The notes beneath the pieces were generated by a model. The model was given only the letters and a program-made list of their open reading frames with translations, did not search any database and was not told where the DNA came from. DNA of 63,639 nucleotides, the filler included, from Phoronis australis (Eukaryota; Animalia; Phoronida), in assembly GCA_002633005.1 (NCBI GenBank). It is 10 parts of 10 records of this genome, joined end to end, with 100 filler letters (N's around TTAATTAATTAA, not from the genome) between each part and the next. Parts side by side here need not be neighbours in the genome. Positions count along the whole stretch, not along the records: positions 22,511 to 32,589 come from NMRA01000019.1; positions 32,690 to 34,894 come from NMRA01000366.1; positions 34,995 to 38,653 come from NMRA01002908.1; positions 38,754 to 43,346 come from NMRA01002541.1; 6 more parts are not named here. One strand, written 5' to 3'. This document shows positions 25,372 through 38,759 of this stretch, one piece after another. Each line of letters starts with the position of its first letter. Position 1 is the first letter of the stretch. The position numbers and the translations under genes are program-made.

Positions 25372-26812
25372 GGTAGAAATTCTCCTTTTGGGACAGTTTC
25401 TAGAATTTGGGACATGGAAACTCCTGCAAAAATTGAATTTTCCCCGATTCTGGAATTTGGGACAATGGTGGTGTATTCAATTTGCAACCTGTATAATTTT
25501 GCTGTTTTCCAGTAAGTCTTGGATTTGGGATGGCCAATGGTGTATATTTCTAGAATTTTAGACGAGCTCCAACCTTGATCAAAATAGTTAGTTAAGTAGT
25601 ATATCTGTTTATTAAAATGACATGTGCTTAATGAGTTTAAACACTTTGTTCAGAATTTAAAATCCAACCCAGCCTATTGAGTTTACAAGTCACTGGTTGT
25701 ATAGTAGTACCGTATAGTAAATACCTCTCGTGTTTAAAAAAGGCTTCACAAACAAAAAACAGACAGCTTTTCTACACCAGAAAAATAAAAAACTGGATTG
25801 CAAGTTGCTGGTCTCATTATGTAGTTTTCTCTCTTCCAAACTGGAGAATTTTTACCATAATCATTTGCTTCACTTTTTGTGTTCAGAGCAAGATGTTCAT
25901 AAAGTCACGTTTATTCATTGTTATGTAGTTAAAACTCAACTCACCACCATTTTCCTCAATTTGTTACGGTACTCAAGCGTCTGATGTTTTCGCCCAGTTG
26001 AATCATAACCCAGGTGATTACCGTAATTTTCTTGTAAGACCGTCTTCTGATTGCTTCAAGGAAAACATGTTTAGGGTAGCTATCCTTAGAAAGTTTCTAG
26101 ACTTTAACAGAATTGAAATTAATCCCATACTTTTTTGTCATTTAGAATTTTATTGTTTGTAGTTAATTATTATTTAGGTATTGTGTCTGGCATTAATTTT
26201 GGTGGATTCGGTCAATTCTTCTCCCATCTAAGCTGACGTGTTCTCTCCTGTATGGTGTGTACTGCCTGGAAAATGGTTGCCTTAGTAACAGCTTCTAAAA
26301 ATACTTACCTTTGCAGTTTCTGAATGGTGTAGGGTTTCGTTTCTTTGAATTACAAAAAATATGGTAGTTTTCAACAAAATTGTCATTTTCTAAGCACTTG
26401 CAGTACTCATTGCTGAGGTGCTCAGAATCATCAGTTGTTTAGTGGTATAAAAATAATAAATATACCACATTTTGTTGAAAGTTTTATCAAGCAAAATTCC
26501 TCAACTGAGGAAGCTTTATTGGTAAAACTGGAATCGCACTGCCAGCTTCAGTTGTTCATTTTAGAAAAAAATCTTAAGTGTGAAACTTGTCAAATTTAGG
26601 ACAATGGTGGATAGGTGAAAAGTTTATATTTTCTCATTAGACAGGTAGGACCAAGTCGATGTTTCACCAGTTCTAAGATTTATTCCACAGCATGGCATCG
26701 GACATTCATATCTTGGGTAGTGGAAGTTCATTCACTTTGTAAAGTAAATGAAATAAATTTTGGCAATCATGTTTGTCTGAAACTGAAGATTTTACCATAG
26801 TGCCTGTTACAC

Positions 26813-27070
26813 ATGTGTGCACCCAGGGGGGCCCGGGGGCTCAAACGAGTCCCCTCATTTGGGAAGTGGGCAAAAAGTTCCGCCTCAGAAAAACAGACAT
26901 TTGAAAAAAGTAGCGAATGAGACAAAAGTCCACCAAAAAGGCAAAAACTACCAAAATTTGGCGAATGCACAATTTATAGCTCGGAGCGTACCCTGTGCCT
27001 GTGAATTTTACTAAAAGGTTCACATTCTCAAAAATTCGAGTACCCCCATTTTTAGGCTGGGTACGCGCAC
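26813..27070. mobile_element. probable MITE with decayed 14-bp TIRs
   Basis: ATGTGTGCACCCAG versus the reverse complement of CTGGGTACGCGCAC; they differ only by transitions. Confidence 0.4.
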
Positions 27071-30000
27071 ATTATGTATGGATGTTGCCCATTCTCAGTA
27101 GACCATTCACAGGTAGTCTTCTCCAACTCGGCTTCTTCTGTGCAGTGGTTCACTGTGAAGTACGGACACAACAAAATTGGCAGACAAGTGTTTTTTTTTT
27201 ATTTTGGCGTGAAAGACGAATAGCACCAAAAATTGAATGTTTAGTTATTTTCTATTGAGGAATCGCATTAGAATTCATCTGCCTTATGACATTTGAACTC
27301 AGAAGAAGGAAAACTGATGAGAAATAAGACAGAATGATTTGAAAATTAGCTAAATGTTTTGGTTTCAAAAGTTTCGAGGAGAGGAAATATTGACAATTTT
27401 TCTTGAAAACTGAATACTGAATTTTGCCCTGTTTTAAGCCCATTGAGCTGGCAAGAAATAAGTCAGAATGTTGCATTGTGGTTATAGGCGTATCATTCGG
27501 TAGGCCAAAAACACAGAGTTGGTTGGGGACACTTAAGTTTCTCCGAGCCCCTAAGCATCAAGTTATGGCTTCAGACATGAATTTTAGTTTGTGTCAGTCC
27601 AGGGCATTGAGTTCGCTAGGGACTGACATGAAACATTGTCCATGCCCAAGTATGAAGTTGACTGAGGCTATGATTTTTTTAGTGCTCGACAAAAAACTGT
27701 TCAGCCAAGTATTGACTTGACTGGGATCTGCGAACTGAAGACCCGCTGGAATTATTGGTGCCAGGATTGGCCATGGAATGGTCATTTTTTATGTGATGAA
27801 GGTTAGGCTTAGCAGCAGTCACCCCTTGGACGTAGAACCAAGTCTGCTCACAACAGCGGGTGTCAAGTCATGTTGCCATGTTCAGTATATATTTTGCTGG
27901 GCTCAAGTATTTTCATGGACGTGGGTATTTGGCTAGGGGAAAAAAGAAGTGTCTGTTGGCCCTTGGGTAACCCAACGCAACAATCCGGAACCCCTATAAA
28001 AGAGAATGCAGCACTAGTTCTAATTTTGAGCCTATTCCTAGTTTAAGTTCAGAGGTAAATTAATATTGATTTGTTGTAATTTGACACGCTTCTACAATGT
28101 TCTATTGCAACTGCTTACCGTGCCTATTGGTGCATTAGGACGATATCGATGAAACAAAAACCGGCACGGCCCCAATTAGAAACTGAATTGAATACCCGTT
28201 GCTATTTTCCTTATGGCAATGCGCTGTTAGTACATTTTAAAAATAGTCAATCCCAGTATGCTTTGTGCTGAGTGAAATCCGGACTTGCGAAAGGGCTACA
28301 TCTATTCGATTGCAGCTGCACTGTTAGGGCTTTTTACTGGCATGAAATATTTCTTACCTGTAACGAGCTCAAATCACAGGCAATGCGCACACTTGCCATT
28401 TTGAAATTCGCAATTTGAGGTTGGTTTCAGAAATAGAATCCTATCATGGCAAAGAATGCTGTGAGTCTGACTTTTTTAGGGTAAAGTGCTCCATTCGAGT
28501 TTCGTCGTGAGCGAGCTAAACAGCTACACAGCAGCTTTAATTGCATGTGGTTATTTGTGCTGAAAACATTTGTGAGAAGCTTGCTCTGGCTTGTGCTTGA
28601 TAAAGCTAATTGTTATCTATTGATGTTGATGGAATTTGATGATGAAATAGTTTTTCTAGAACAATTTTGTCTAGTTGTGTCAGTTTAGTGAATCATAGAG
28701 AAGGAAATCTGAAGAACTGGGTGGAAGTCACCAAAGATAAGAGGTAGCCTAAAATATAGGTTTCACGGATTCTTTGACAAGTTTTTTTTTAAATAAGTTC
28801 AGTAAAAACTTCAGGCAGTTCAAAATTTTGTAAATATCAAAATAGCTAGTAATTCTGACCTGCGCTTTAGCAATTTTGATTTTTTGAAATTCCGATCTCA
28901 AACCATTGTACTGATTTGTGGTTTGAGTTCAGATGTACACCATTTAATGAAGAATGTCAAATGTCTCAGTTGAATTCAGAGTTGGACCAAACCATTCACA
29001 ACTTCTTGCTTATTGATGTTATGTGAAAAGCGCTTTAGATCCACAAATAAAACGTGCCTGCATCATATATTTTGTCATTATGGCTGCTCATTAGTTTCAA
29101 ATTAGTCACATTGATATCTCATTTGAAAAGGTTTGGGGTATTTAAAAGCTGATTTCCACTGCTAAGAATTTTGCATTTCACCACAAGGGAAGTATTGAAA
29201 TATCCTTAGAGCCAGTTTGTGCTGTCCTACTGGCCAGTCATGCAGGTCAGTTTAGCATTGAAAATATTATGACTCCTAAGCTTTTGTTTACATTAAGGCT
29301 TGGGCACATAACCTCTTGGGAATAAACACCTGTAGTCTCTTGTATACTCAGGGAGAAATATATGTAGTATGCACTGCCTCATTTTGTAGGGGAGGGGGCA
29401 ATTCCAAAATAAAATAGGAGCTATCCTAATGATTTTGATCTCATCTGAAAGGCCTGTTTCTCTTAGATTAAGAAACAATTTAGTGCTTAAATCCCATTGA
29501 AAGTGGTCATTGTGTTTTATCCAGTAACAAACTAGTAAAGCAGGGAGGTTGTGATGCAGACTGGTCACAAGATACTTGATGTTCTCTTGGGTGTTAGAAA
29601 CAAACTAAACATTCCCTATTAAGCCAAACTCTTTGCACTGTCAATGTCCTAAGCAGTCACTTCCATTATTGACTACTGCTTTGGGGAAACCAGAATTAGT
29701 TAGTAGTATTGAAATTTTATGAATTGGTTTTGAGCTCCACATGAACGCACTATCTGTTAGAAAACACTTATGGAAAACTGCAAGTGAAGAAGTTGCCTAT
29801 CTTGATCCATCCATGGCCTTTTGCCATGTGAAGTTTGGAAATGGAGGACCACACCATCTCCTTGTGGACAGACTTCTCATTACTGGTTGAATAGAGCCTT
29901 TATCTTTGACCCCTGACGAAATTTAGCAAAATCAGGTGGACTGGCACTTGCCATTTGCCACACTGTTTTTGGTATTAGATCGTTCTGGCAGATTCTCTCT

Positions 30001-31534
30001 GAGAACGTCTGGGTACATCTTCGAAAAAAACTCTTGAACCACTTCCTTCAGTTGAGGACGAAGTAGTGTGCGCATATTTATAATTTCACTTGTGGAGGTA
30101 TAAAATGTTTGGGAGGAGACCACATTCACTTTGGCTGGCCTCCAAAACCACTTACATACATCTGACAATGCTTTGCCAAAATTGTCAGTCATTACCAGTC
30201 ACATGTAAATGATTAGAAATAATGCAGTGGTGTTGAACCTGTTTCTGTGCTGTTGGACTACAATAACAATTGGCAGGTAATTAAATTAATCTTTGCCTGT
30301 GGGTTGAATTTTAATTTAGCTATGGGTTAGATTTTAATTTAGCTGCATTGCATATGTGCTGTACGTGAACCAGAAGGATGCTGTATATAGACCATGGATG
30401 CAGTATTACCCAGAGTGTCCATTCTCACCTGTTTCAATAATTAATAATACCAGTAATACCTCTATAAATTTCCATACTGGTTGATTAATGCTTTAAGCCC
30501 TTAACAGTGAAATACGGTCTGCAACAGGTGACTAGTTATTGGTTCCCAGTCTGGACAGATGGTTAAAATAAATGTTTTGTGACATTAAATAAAGCCATCA
30601 TCAGAATAGTAATAAAACTAGAGCTAATGTAAAAGTCATGAAGAAAATGGATGTTTAATGAGAACTTTTGGGTTACTTATGTTGCAAACGGCTCTTTCAA
30701 ATTTCCACAAAAGTTAAATTCACCCAATCCTCAATTTAAACCATTTTAGCTATAACTTTTTGACTTAAATTTGTGTTGGTGATATCACTAACCCTGCCTC
30801 AGAAAATGTTTCCACTTGTGTTTTTTTACAGTGTGACCTCGTTACGCACGTGTACATGGGCACGGATTCTTTTTCAACAGTACTTAATATGTGTGTGTGC
30901 ATGCATGTGTGTGCGTGCGTATGTGTGTTTACAGCGTTCTTGCTAAAAGGCTTTGTTTATACTTGATGAATTTAAAACGTTTTTGATTGAATTGAAAACG
31001 TTCTAGGTGAACGTAAAATGGTGTGTTTTAACTTTTAATTAAAATGTTTTGAGCCTAAGACCTGTGTACTCTGCAATCACTTTGTAATCATTTTCTGGAA
31101 AATTGTGAGAATTTTCACTCCGAGAACATCCTACAAAGAATGTAGAATTCAATGGGATTTTTGAAGTGTTAAATTTTGACTGCCTAGTTTTGTGATAAAA
31201 GATGTTGACAGCAAATCTAAGGCCCTCTGGTGTAACGTGCACAAGTTATCATTTACTGAGTATCACAACCTGTAGAAATGTTCACATTGTAGAAAAGACA
31301 ATGGTCTCTCTGAAATCATTTTTAGAATAAACATTCGCGAATTTCACGCATACGCACTGTTATCCTCTTAAAAGCCAGGATTTTGAAAATTGTTGTGTTT
31401 GGCAGCCCAGTGATTAAAGGATGTTGAATTAATATGTCCTTACTAAGGTGTCCATACAACTTGAATACCTTTCCAAAAATATTCTTTATTCTTAGTTAGA
31501 TTCTGACTTCAACTTTAAACCATTATCTTTACAG

Positions 31535-31639
31535 CATCCGGTTCCAGACTGAAAGTGCTGCTCAGTTTTGCAGTTGGAGGTCTGCTGGGGGATGTCTTCC
31601 TACACCTGTTGCCTGAGGCCTGGGCCCATGTTGGTCAAG
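31535..31639 (+). CDS. SLC39A13: ZIP-family (LIV-1 subfamily) zinc transporter internal exon, ZIP13-like
   Basis: TTTACAG acceptor, G|GTAAGT donor, 105-bp phase 1-1 exon encoding SGSRLKVLLSFAVGGLLGDVFLHLLPEAWAHVGQ. FLHLLPEAW fits ZIP13 better than ZIP7. Confidence 0.85.
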
Positions 31640-31914
31640 GTAAGTGGAATGTGTGCTTGGGGGTGTCTGGCTTCACCAGTTACATAAACCCTGGGCCTGT
31701 GTCTGTCAGGGTTTATGTAAGGTTTGCTGGGAATGTCTTTCCTTCACCTATTGCTTGAGGCCTGGGCCCATGTCAGTCAAGAAATGTGGAAGGTTTGCTG
31801 GGACTGTCTTCCTTAACCTATTGCTTGTGAGGCCTGGGTCCATGGTAGTCAAGATATGTGGAAGGTTTGCTAGGGGACGTCTTACTTTATCTATTGCTCT
31901 CAGTCAAGGAAAGT
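31576..31914 (+). repeat. ~70-bp degenerate tandem array derived from the 3' part of the ZIP13 exon and its donor
   Basis: About 5 units. 31741-31781 matches exon 31599-31639 at 36/41. Confidence 0.85.
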
Positions 31915-32589
31915 GATGTCATCTATGATTTTCTGGTGTGATGTCATCAAAGTGGTGAAGTGAGAATTGTTCTTTCATGCCTTATGTACAGGAAATCTTT
32001 TCCTATTTACCATAAATTAAGTGACATTTTATTTTGTCAGATAACAAAATAAAGATGAAGATAATCTTAGTCCATTGTTAGGTTGGTTTGTATTGTGTGG
32101 ATGCCAGTTTGCAGTTTTTGTTAATTTCAGCAAATTTAACATAAAAACAGGGGCGGATCTACGTTTTCAGTAAGGGGGGGGTTTAGGATTCCCGCAAAGG
32201 TCGAATCCGAGGCACGTGGCGCCGAGAGGGGGGAGGTCGGGAGGGGGAAACCCCCCTCCGTGTAAGACCATTTTTTTGTTTTTGTAGCCAAATAGTGAAA
32301 TTTCCATGCATCCTGGTAAGTTTCTGGCACTAATAACATGTCTCTTAAGTTTTTCTTAAGATAATTTAAAACCCTTCTCGATTTCGTCGCATGAACGTGG
32401 CTCACAAGTTTCGTGAAATCATATTTGTGCTCATCTGGGTATGAATTACGCCACCAGCAAAAATTTTTGTTGGAACATCTGCTTATACACACCTTTTTAG
32501 CATACGAAAAGTCGTATATGAAAAAGTGTGGTGTGTGTGGGGGGTTAGACAACTACCAAATATTCAAGAGCATAAGGAGCACCCGACGG

Positions 32590-32689
32590 NNNNNNNNNNN
32601 NNNNNNNNNNNNNNNNNNNNNNNNNNNNNNNNNTTAATTAATTAANNNNNNNNNNNNNNNNNNNNNNNNNNNNNNNNNNNNNNNNNNNN
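32590..32689. other. artificial contig spacer
   Basis: N44-TTAATTAATTAA-N44. Confidence 0.97.
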
Positions 32690-34894
32690 TATTATTACTA
32701 TTATTACTATTATTATTATTAAATGGATATATCTATCCATTTATCAAATGTATTATCATTAGCTTGCGCTAGACGTTTGTTACTTGACTTGCTGAATTTA
32801 ACGCTCTTTCTAATCCCGACTAACAATTGTCATTGTACTAACATACTAACTAGGGCCCTTACATGCGTCCCGTTTTATGGACTCCGAATCCTATCTGTCC
32901 GGGTTTTTGTGTCCCGGTGTTTTGCGTAATGGTCCAGACGCTAAGCGGACGAGTGTGCAAGTTTTAGCAACACTTGCCATTTAGGCCCACATGACAGTTG
33001 TCAGGTGCTTTTCGATCCTGATTTAGGGCATAAGTTCAACAAGTAATAAAGTAACGTGTTATTTTTATGCATTCTCCTTAGTTGCATTGGATTCTGATCG
33101 TTGTCAGATAAAGCAATGCCCCCTGGGATTTTGGAATGCTAGCTCACTTCTTGAAAATGCGCCTTTAGTTTTCGACATTTCGGCTCGGTTGCAAACGGCG
33201 AACTTGGGTATGTTAATTTTCTTGGCTCATTGAGCACTGACCAATGACACATAGAACTCTGTTTGAAAGTAGCCATTGTCCCCCTGGCTTGCGTGTATTT
33301 GAATGAAGCATCCGGCTAATCCACTGATTAACGTGCCAGTACACCGGCATTCAAATACATGCAGCTAGGACATTCTCTGCAGTGGGACAATCAAGACAGC
33401 TACCACACCAGGACACATAGAACTCCGTCCGATGCAATGAAAACTGGTCATATCGAACCCGGGATACGTACATGTGTAGAATCCCGATATGCATAAAACG
33501 GGAACACATCAGGATGACCCCCAACATATGGATGAGAATAATGGTTCCCGTGATCGATAACTGCCTTGGTAGATTTTTCAATTAATCTCGAAGTGTCAAC
33601 TTGAAAACGATAGTTGATTTGCCGATTGTCTGTAAATTTCATTACTACACGTTTTTGTCTATTTGCACGCCATACCCATACATAAACGACAAGCTGTGAC
33701 CCACGGATAACCAAGACGGAATAAAAGGTGGAAGACGAAAATTAAGAAGATAATCTAACAGGTTGTTTATGTAATCTAGCGTTGCTTGCGTGTCCTACTG
33801 TATTGGTATAAATAGGGTACAGCTCGATACTCCAAATGTTCACATGTTCGAACTCTCATAATACCACAAATGAATAAAAAGGCATTATAAGGCCGAAGGT
33901 TAACAAATCTGACAGAAAGAAAAAACTAGTTAGTTCGAAACAAGTCCGAAGGAGTATGATGCCAGAAACCAGCGATTCAAAGTCAACGACAGCCAAGCAG
34001 CAAAATTTTGACGGCGATAAACCATACTTCGAACATGTAAATAACTACAGCAACTCAGTGAATCGCCCAACTTCAAGTTTGGATCCCGTTTTGAGAGGCA
34101 CAGGCTCTTCGAAGAACTAGTTTCAAGCAGCCTTGTGCAAATAAATCCCTGAACGTTTCGCTCAAAATCACTGTTCGGAACCTAGTGTCATGAAAGTTCA
34201 AATTTATAACCTTCGGTGGGTTTTCGTAATTGTCTGGATAAGTCTTCAGATTTATGGATTTTTAGACTTGCAAACCTTGCGACCCATGAATATCTTAATT
34301 TCATTAAACTCTGTACACATTCATTCTCACTTGAGGTTTTCAATTCAGGTCATATAAGGTTGATCACTTGTTATTGTGCAATTTTTAGCGACTTGGCAAG
34401 TCGTCTAACTATAGTCTGTGGACTTTGACTGACTAGTGTACCATTTACCCACGGCACCTGACGTCGCGAGCAGTTACAGTGTACCAAAAGTGCAGAAGGA
34501 CCACTAACACGAATGACACCAGGGCCAAAGATATGGTGTCGTTCAGCTGTAAATCAGTATCCTGGCAGTTACCTGTTTTGACTACATGTGTGTACTCATC
34601 TGAGCCATCAAAACTCGATCAATCACTTGTTTTATTTGGAAAACCGAAGTAAAAAATCTACTTTAGGAATACGTCTTTATTCAAATACACGGTTTCACAA
34701 CTGGTTTCAGTGCAGTCTCTCAAAAATTACGTTGGTAATTGTATAACTGGGAGATCTTGTCAATATAAAATACACTATAGGCTCTCAGTTCTGGTCGCCT
34801 GTATTATATTCCTTCTCTGAAGTGAACTACTGTATTTTATTTGAGCGACTTTATCATTTGTTAAATAGCTGGGCTTTGTTTATCATTAAAAGGA

Positions 34895-34994
34895 NNNNNN
34901 NNNNNNNNNNNNNNNNNNNNNNNNNNNNNNNNNNNNNNTTAATTAATTAANNNNNNNNNNNNNNNNNNNNNNNNNNNNNNNNNNNNNNNNNNNN
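34895..34994. other. artificial contig spacer
   Basis: N44-TTAATTAATTAA-N44. Confidence 0.97.
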
Positions 34995-35188
34995 CTGGGG
35001 GAATTCTGGGGATACATAAAATTACAGTCATCCTTCACTTAAGGTAAGTTCGTCTAACTGTATAATTTTTGTCTACCTTTCTGATGTAGTGGTCTTCAAA
35101 TCAAATTCTTGAAATTGATGTTTTGGGTTTTTTTCTTTACTAAAAAGCCATCAGTTTTATTTGATGTCTGCTTGTTTTATCTTTTCAG

Positions 35189-35335
35189 AACACGTTCCGC
35201 ACTCCTGTGTATGTCACATCTCAGAGGCGTAACGCCATGGGTGTGGGGCTGGTCTTTGAAGCTGACCTGGCCACGACAGAGCATCAGAGTCACTGGGTGC
35301 TGCAGGGAGTCTGCCTCATTCTCAACACAGACTAG
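35189..35335 (+). CDS. DNAH10: axonemal dynein heavy chain 10, last coding exon (this frame is absent from the ORF track)
   Basis: TTTTATCTTTTCAG acceptor; NTFRTPVYVTSQRRNAMGVGLVFEADLATTEHQSHWVLQGVCLILNTD then TAG, closely matching the DNAH10 C-terminus as I recall it (RRNAMGVGLVFEADL...SHWVLQGVCL). Confidence 0.92.
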   Translation, partial: NTFRTPVYVTSQRRNAMGVGLVFEADLATTEHQSHWVLQGVCLILNTD

Positions 35336-36356
35336 ACACCTGTGGTGTCACAGGGGGTCCTCCTTATTCGCATCACTAATTGGACATTCTGGGTTGAAGG
35401 TGATGTCTCATCCATTCGCCTGGTCACATAAGCTATTGAATATAGCTGCTCTACTATACTTTTCATGGTCACACAAACTTAACTTCTAAATACCATACTT
35501 GTAAGTAAAACGTTGTTAAAACATTGTAACTCTTTAATCCAGGAAGAAAATCCAACATGAAAATCTTCTCCATAGTTTGTTCAATCAATGTAGTTGAATT
35601 ATTGCTAATAGTTGCCTTTTATACATACTTCCAAATAATTACTAAGTTCATCACTTGAATGGTTGCATACTTAAGCTTTGCTACTTGTTGAACCTATGCA
35701 AATTGCTATTATACATTACGTATCAGATTATTATTTTATTTTGATAATTTTTATACTTAAATTATTCCTTACAATACATTCCAGTATCATAACATTCCGT
35801 CTATTTTTGGTCTTGAATTCAGAGTCTCATTCTTATAGATTCCTATGAAATCAAGCCTTGGTCTACTGTGTTAATTTTATGTTACTTGAAGTGGTTATAT
35901 AAACCCGCCTTCTGCCACAGACATGATTGTTTGACTTAGTCCATTTACCATTTTGAAATTGATCTAATATTGTATTGGAGGTGATTTCTGGTCTTGGAAA
36001 AATGACAAGTTTGTTATTAGTGGAGACAAGACTTCTACAAGTCATGGCAAAGCAAACTCTTATGCACCAAGCAAGAAGGTCTGTCTCTTTTTCCAAGCCC
36101 AGAGGTCAGGTGTCATCTGAGTGAGTAAGAAGCCAGACCAGTTTTGTAGCGGTACATGTTTTAAGCCAAAATTTTACTTTCTTTGTTGGAATGCAGGTTC
36201 TGGGCCGCTTTAGATTAACATTCAAATCTGTGATAGATGTGTACATATATATCCGTCCAGTTCTCAAGAGAAAGCCACACTTTTGTGTTCAATGTGTTTT
36301 AGAAGATTTTTTATTTAAAGTTGTGATTGTTTATTCAAAAGTTTATTGTGTATTTG

Positions 36357-36362
36357 AATAAA
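36357..36362 (+). terminator. candidate polyadenylation signal for DNAH10
   Basis: AATAAA about 1 kb after the stop, followed by T/GT-rich sequence. Confidence 0.35.
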
Positions 36363-36742
36363 TATTTATGTTCATTACTCTGTCTTGTTAAAGTAAAGCT
36401 TGGTTACAGTGCTTTTTATAATGCTGAAAACCAAGACTAAAAGGGCAACAGGCAAACGAAGGGCCAAAGGGGTTTAGGGGTCATTTCAAAATATCTGATT
36501 TGCGAGTCAAAAACTGATTAATGATTATTTGCAGCGCCACTTTTGAAAACAATTTATTTGGGTCGAGACTCGTGTAGTTATTTGGTTTGGCCTTCTTTCC
36601 AGCCTCTAACACCAACTGAGTCAGCTTCGTGCAGAGGAGCGTTCACGTGCTACCTCGTCCAGAATTTGATATAACCCCCTGCACCGTCCAGCCTCTAATT
36701 GCGATCTTGGGACAAACTGTCTTTTTATAATCGTAAGTTGCA

Positions 36743-37059
36743 TTTGCTACGATTGTATTCAGCAATGAACACTCCCTGAATATTTCCATAGCTAACTACG
36801 CAAGACGAGTTAGGATAGGGCGGGGAAAATATGTGTTCATAAGGGAGGCCTGGCCGTTAATTTCCGACGATAAGTCCACCCGATGAAACGCCCATGGGCG
36901 TTTATGCTTTTGCTACGATTGTATTCAGCAATGAACACTCCCTGAATATTTCCATAGCTAACTACGCAAGACGAGTTAGGATAGGGCGGGGAAAATATGT
37001 GTTCATAAGGGAGGCCTGGCCGTTAATTTCCACCCGATGAAACGCCCATGGGCGTTTAT
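36743..37059. repeat. 166-bp-period tandem duplication; copy 2 lacks 12 bp
   Basis: TTTGCTACGATTGTATTCAGC...GGGCGTTTAT at 36743 and 36909, identical except loss of GACGATAAGTCC. Confidence 0.92.
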
Positions 37060-37937
37060 TCGTAAAATTAAACGGAAAAACCGTCCGTTGGCGTTTATTT
37101 GGTGTTACAACTTCTGGTGTCAAGTGTCCAAATAATGGGGCGTTTACTCGGAAAATTTCCCTTAAAGCCCACTCAGCGTCAACTTTTTGTCACAAATTCA
37201 GTTTTGTGGAGCATTTATTACTGGAAAAACGAACAAGGTGTTGAACTATGCATAAAATTTAAAATCACAATTTTAAGTAAAATATGCTAAAGTCAGCAAA
37301 TCTATGACTCCGTTTAAAATCCCCCCGTTTCCGAATATACGTCCTTGCGTTTGTTTGGTGTTACTAAAACGCCTGGAAATTTTCATTTTTCCAAATACAC
37401 GCCCACGGAAAATCCCTGTAGCAGTTTTACTGGCTAAAATGCTAGCGAAAACCCTATTAAAGATGCAGCCAGCAAGCTAAATTTGACTAAACGCAAATGC
37501 ACATAGGCTTACAGTGTACATTTGCATTTCCACGAAAGCTATGCCATACGTCAGGCTGTCTCAAATGTTACCGTGATGCACATATGTCATTTATGTGCTT
37601 TGTACTTTAATATATCGCGCGTGCACTTTACACCAGACAAATCGCCACCCTTTCAACCAACTTGTGTTTGTTCAAAAAATCGCAATAGGAAACTGACCCT
37701 GTCGCAACAAAATGGTCAGACTGTGTGCGAAAATAGGCCCATGGGAAGTCGTCAAAGGAAACCGATTATACCATACTTATTTCGCATTTGGCAAACAGTT
37801 TGTTAAAACAGTTTTTCGTAATCTTAGTTACCAACAAATTCAACAAATATTTCGTTAAGTGGTAGTCATTTGACCGAAATCGCGACCCACAAAATATACA
37901 TCTAATATCTCTCAAATGCTTTACTTCAATACACATT

Positions 37938-38653
37938 ACAAACATTCCACCAATTAGTGTATGCTGACGACCTCACTATTATTGCTACAAACCCGAAAGA
38001 CTGTCAATCAATGANCCTAGAGATGATCGACAAAGAGAAACAAAATGGTTACAAACTTAAATTCACCAAACAAACATTCCACCAATTAGTGCATGCTGAC
38101 GACCTCACTATTATTGCTACAAGCCCGAAAGAGTGTCAATCAATGATTCAAAAACTGGAGCATTTTCTCACTTGGAGTCGCACAATGAAAGCTAAGCCAT
38201 GCAAATGTAAATCACTTGCATTTCGTGGAGGAACCACATTCCAACCGTATGATCCTCAAATGTCAATCCAGAATACAAAAATGCCCTACATCCATCAAGA
38301 ACCAATGAAATTCCTTGGGAAAACGATATTCAAAAATCTGAAAGACACGGAAATAAGGAATAAACTTGAGACAAAATTGAATACTTTGCTGGAAATTCTC
38401 TACAAAGACAGCACTAATGGTCCAACTAAAGCATGGATCTACAACAACGGTGTGGTTCCAAGGTTTACTTGGGAATTTACAGTGTATGACTTCCCACTGA
38501 GTTTCGCTAAAAAACTTGAACGTATATGCACAAAATATCTGAAACAATGGCTTGGAATCAGTAAAATGTCAACTAATACAGTTCTCTACAGATCCAAAGA
38601 GCATCTTGGTTTAGGCATGACTAGCCTAACAACCCATCTAAAGAAGATGCAAG
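37938..38653 (+). mobile_element. non-LTR retrotransposon reverse transcriptase fragment, R2/HERO-like
   Basis: YADDLT catalytic motif, W-x-R-x-MKAKP-x-K, PMKFLGK, KAWIYNNGVVPRFTW, KYLKQWLG. Cut by the contig end. Confidence 0.85.
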
Positions 38654-38753
38654 NNNNNNNNNNNNNNNNNNNNNNNNNNNNNNNNNNNNNNNNNNNNTTA
38701 ATTAATTAANNNNNNNNNNNNNNNNNNNNNNNNNNNNNNNNNNNNNNNNNNNN
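38654..38753. other. artificial contig spacer
   Basis: N44-TTAATTAATTAA-N44. Confidence 0.97.
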
Positions 38754-38759
38754 TGTAAA

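Noticed and set aside
29560-30200. Possible degenerate coding remnant on the minus strand
   Set aside because: No motif I can assign; many stops.
34995-35049. AAG|GTAAGT donor as the penultimate DNAH10 exon
   Set aside because: The required phase-0 frame contains a TAA and does not resemble the expected DNAH10 sequence.
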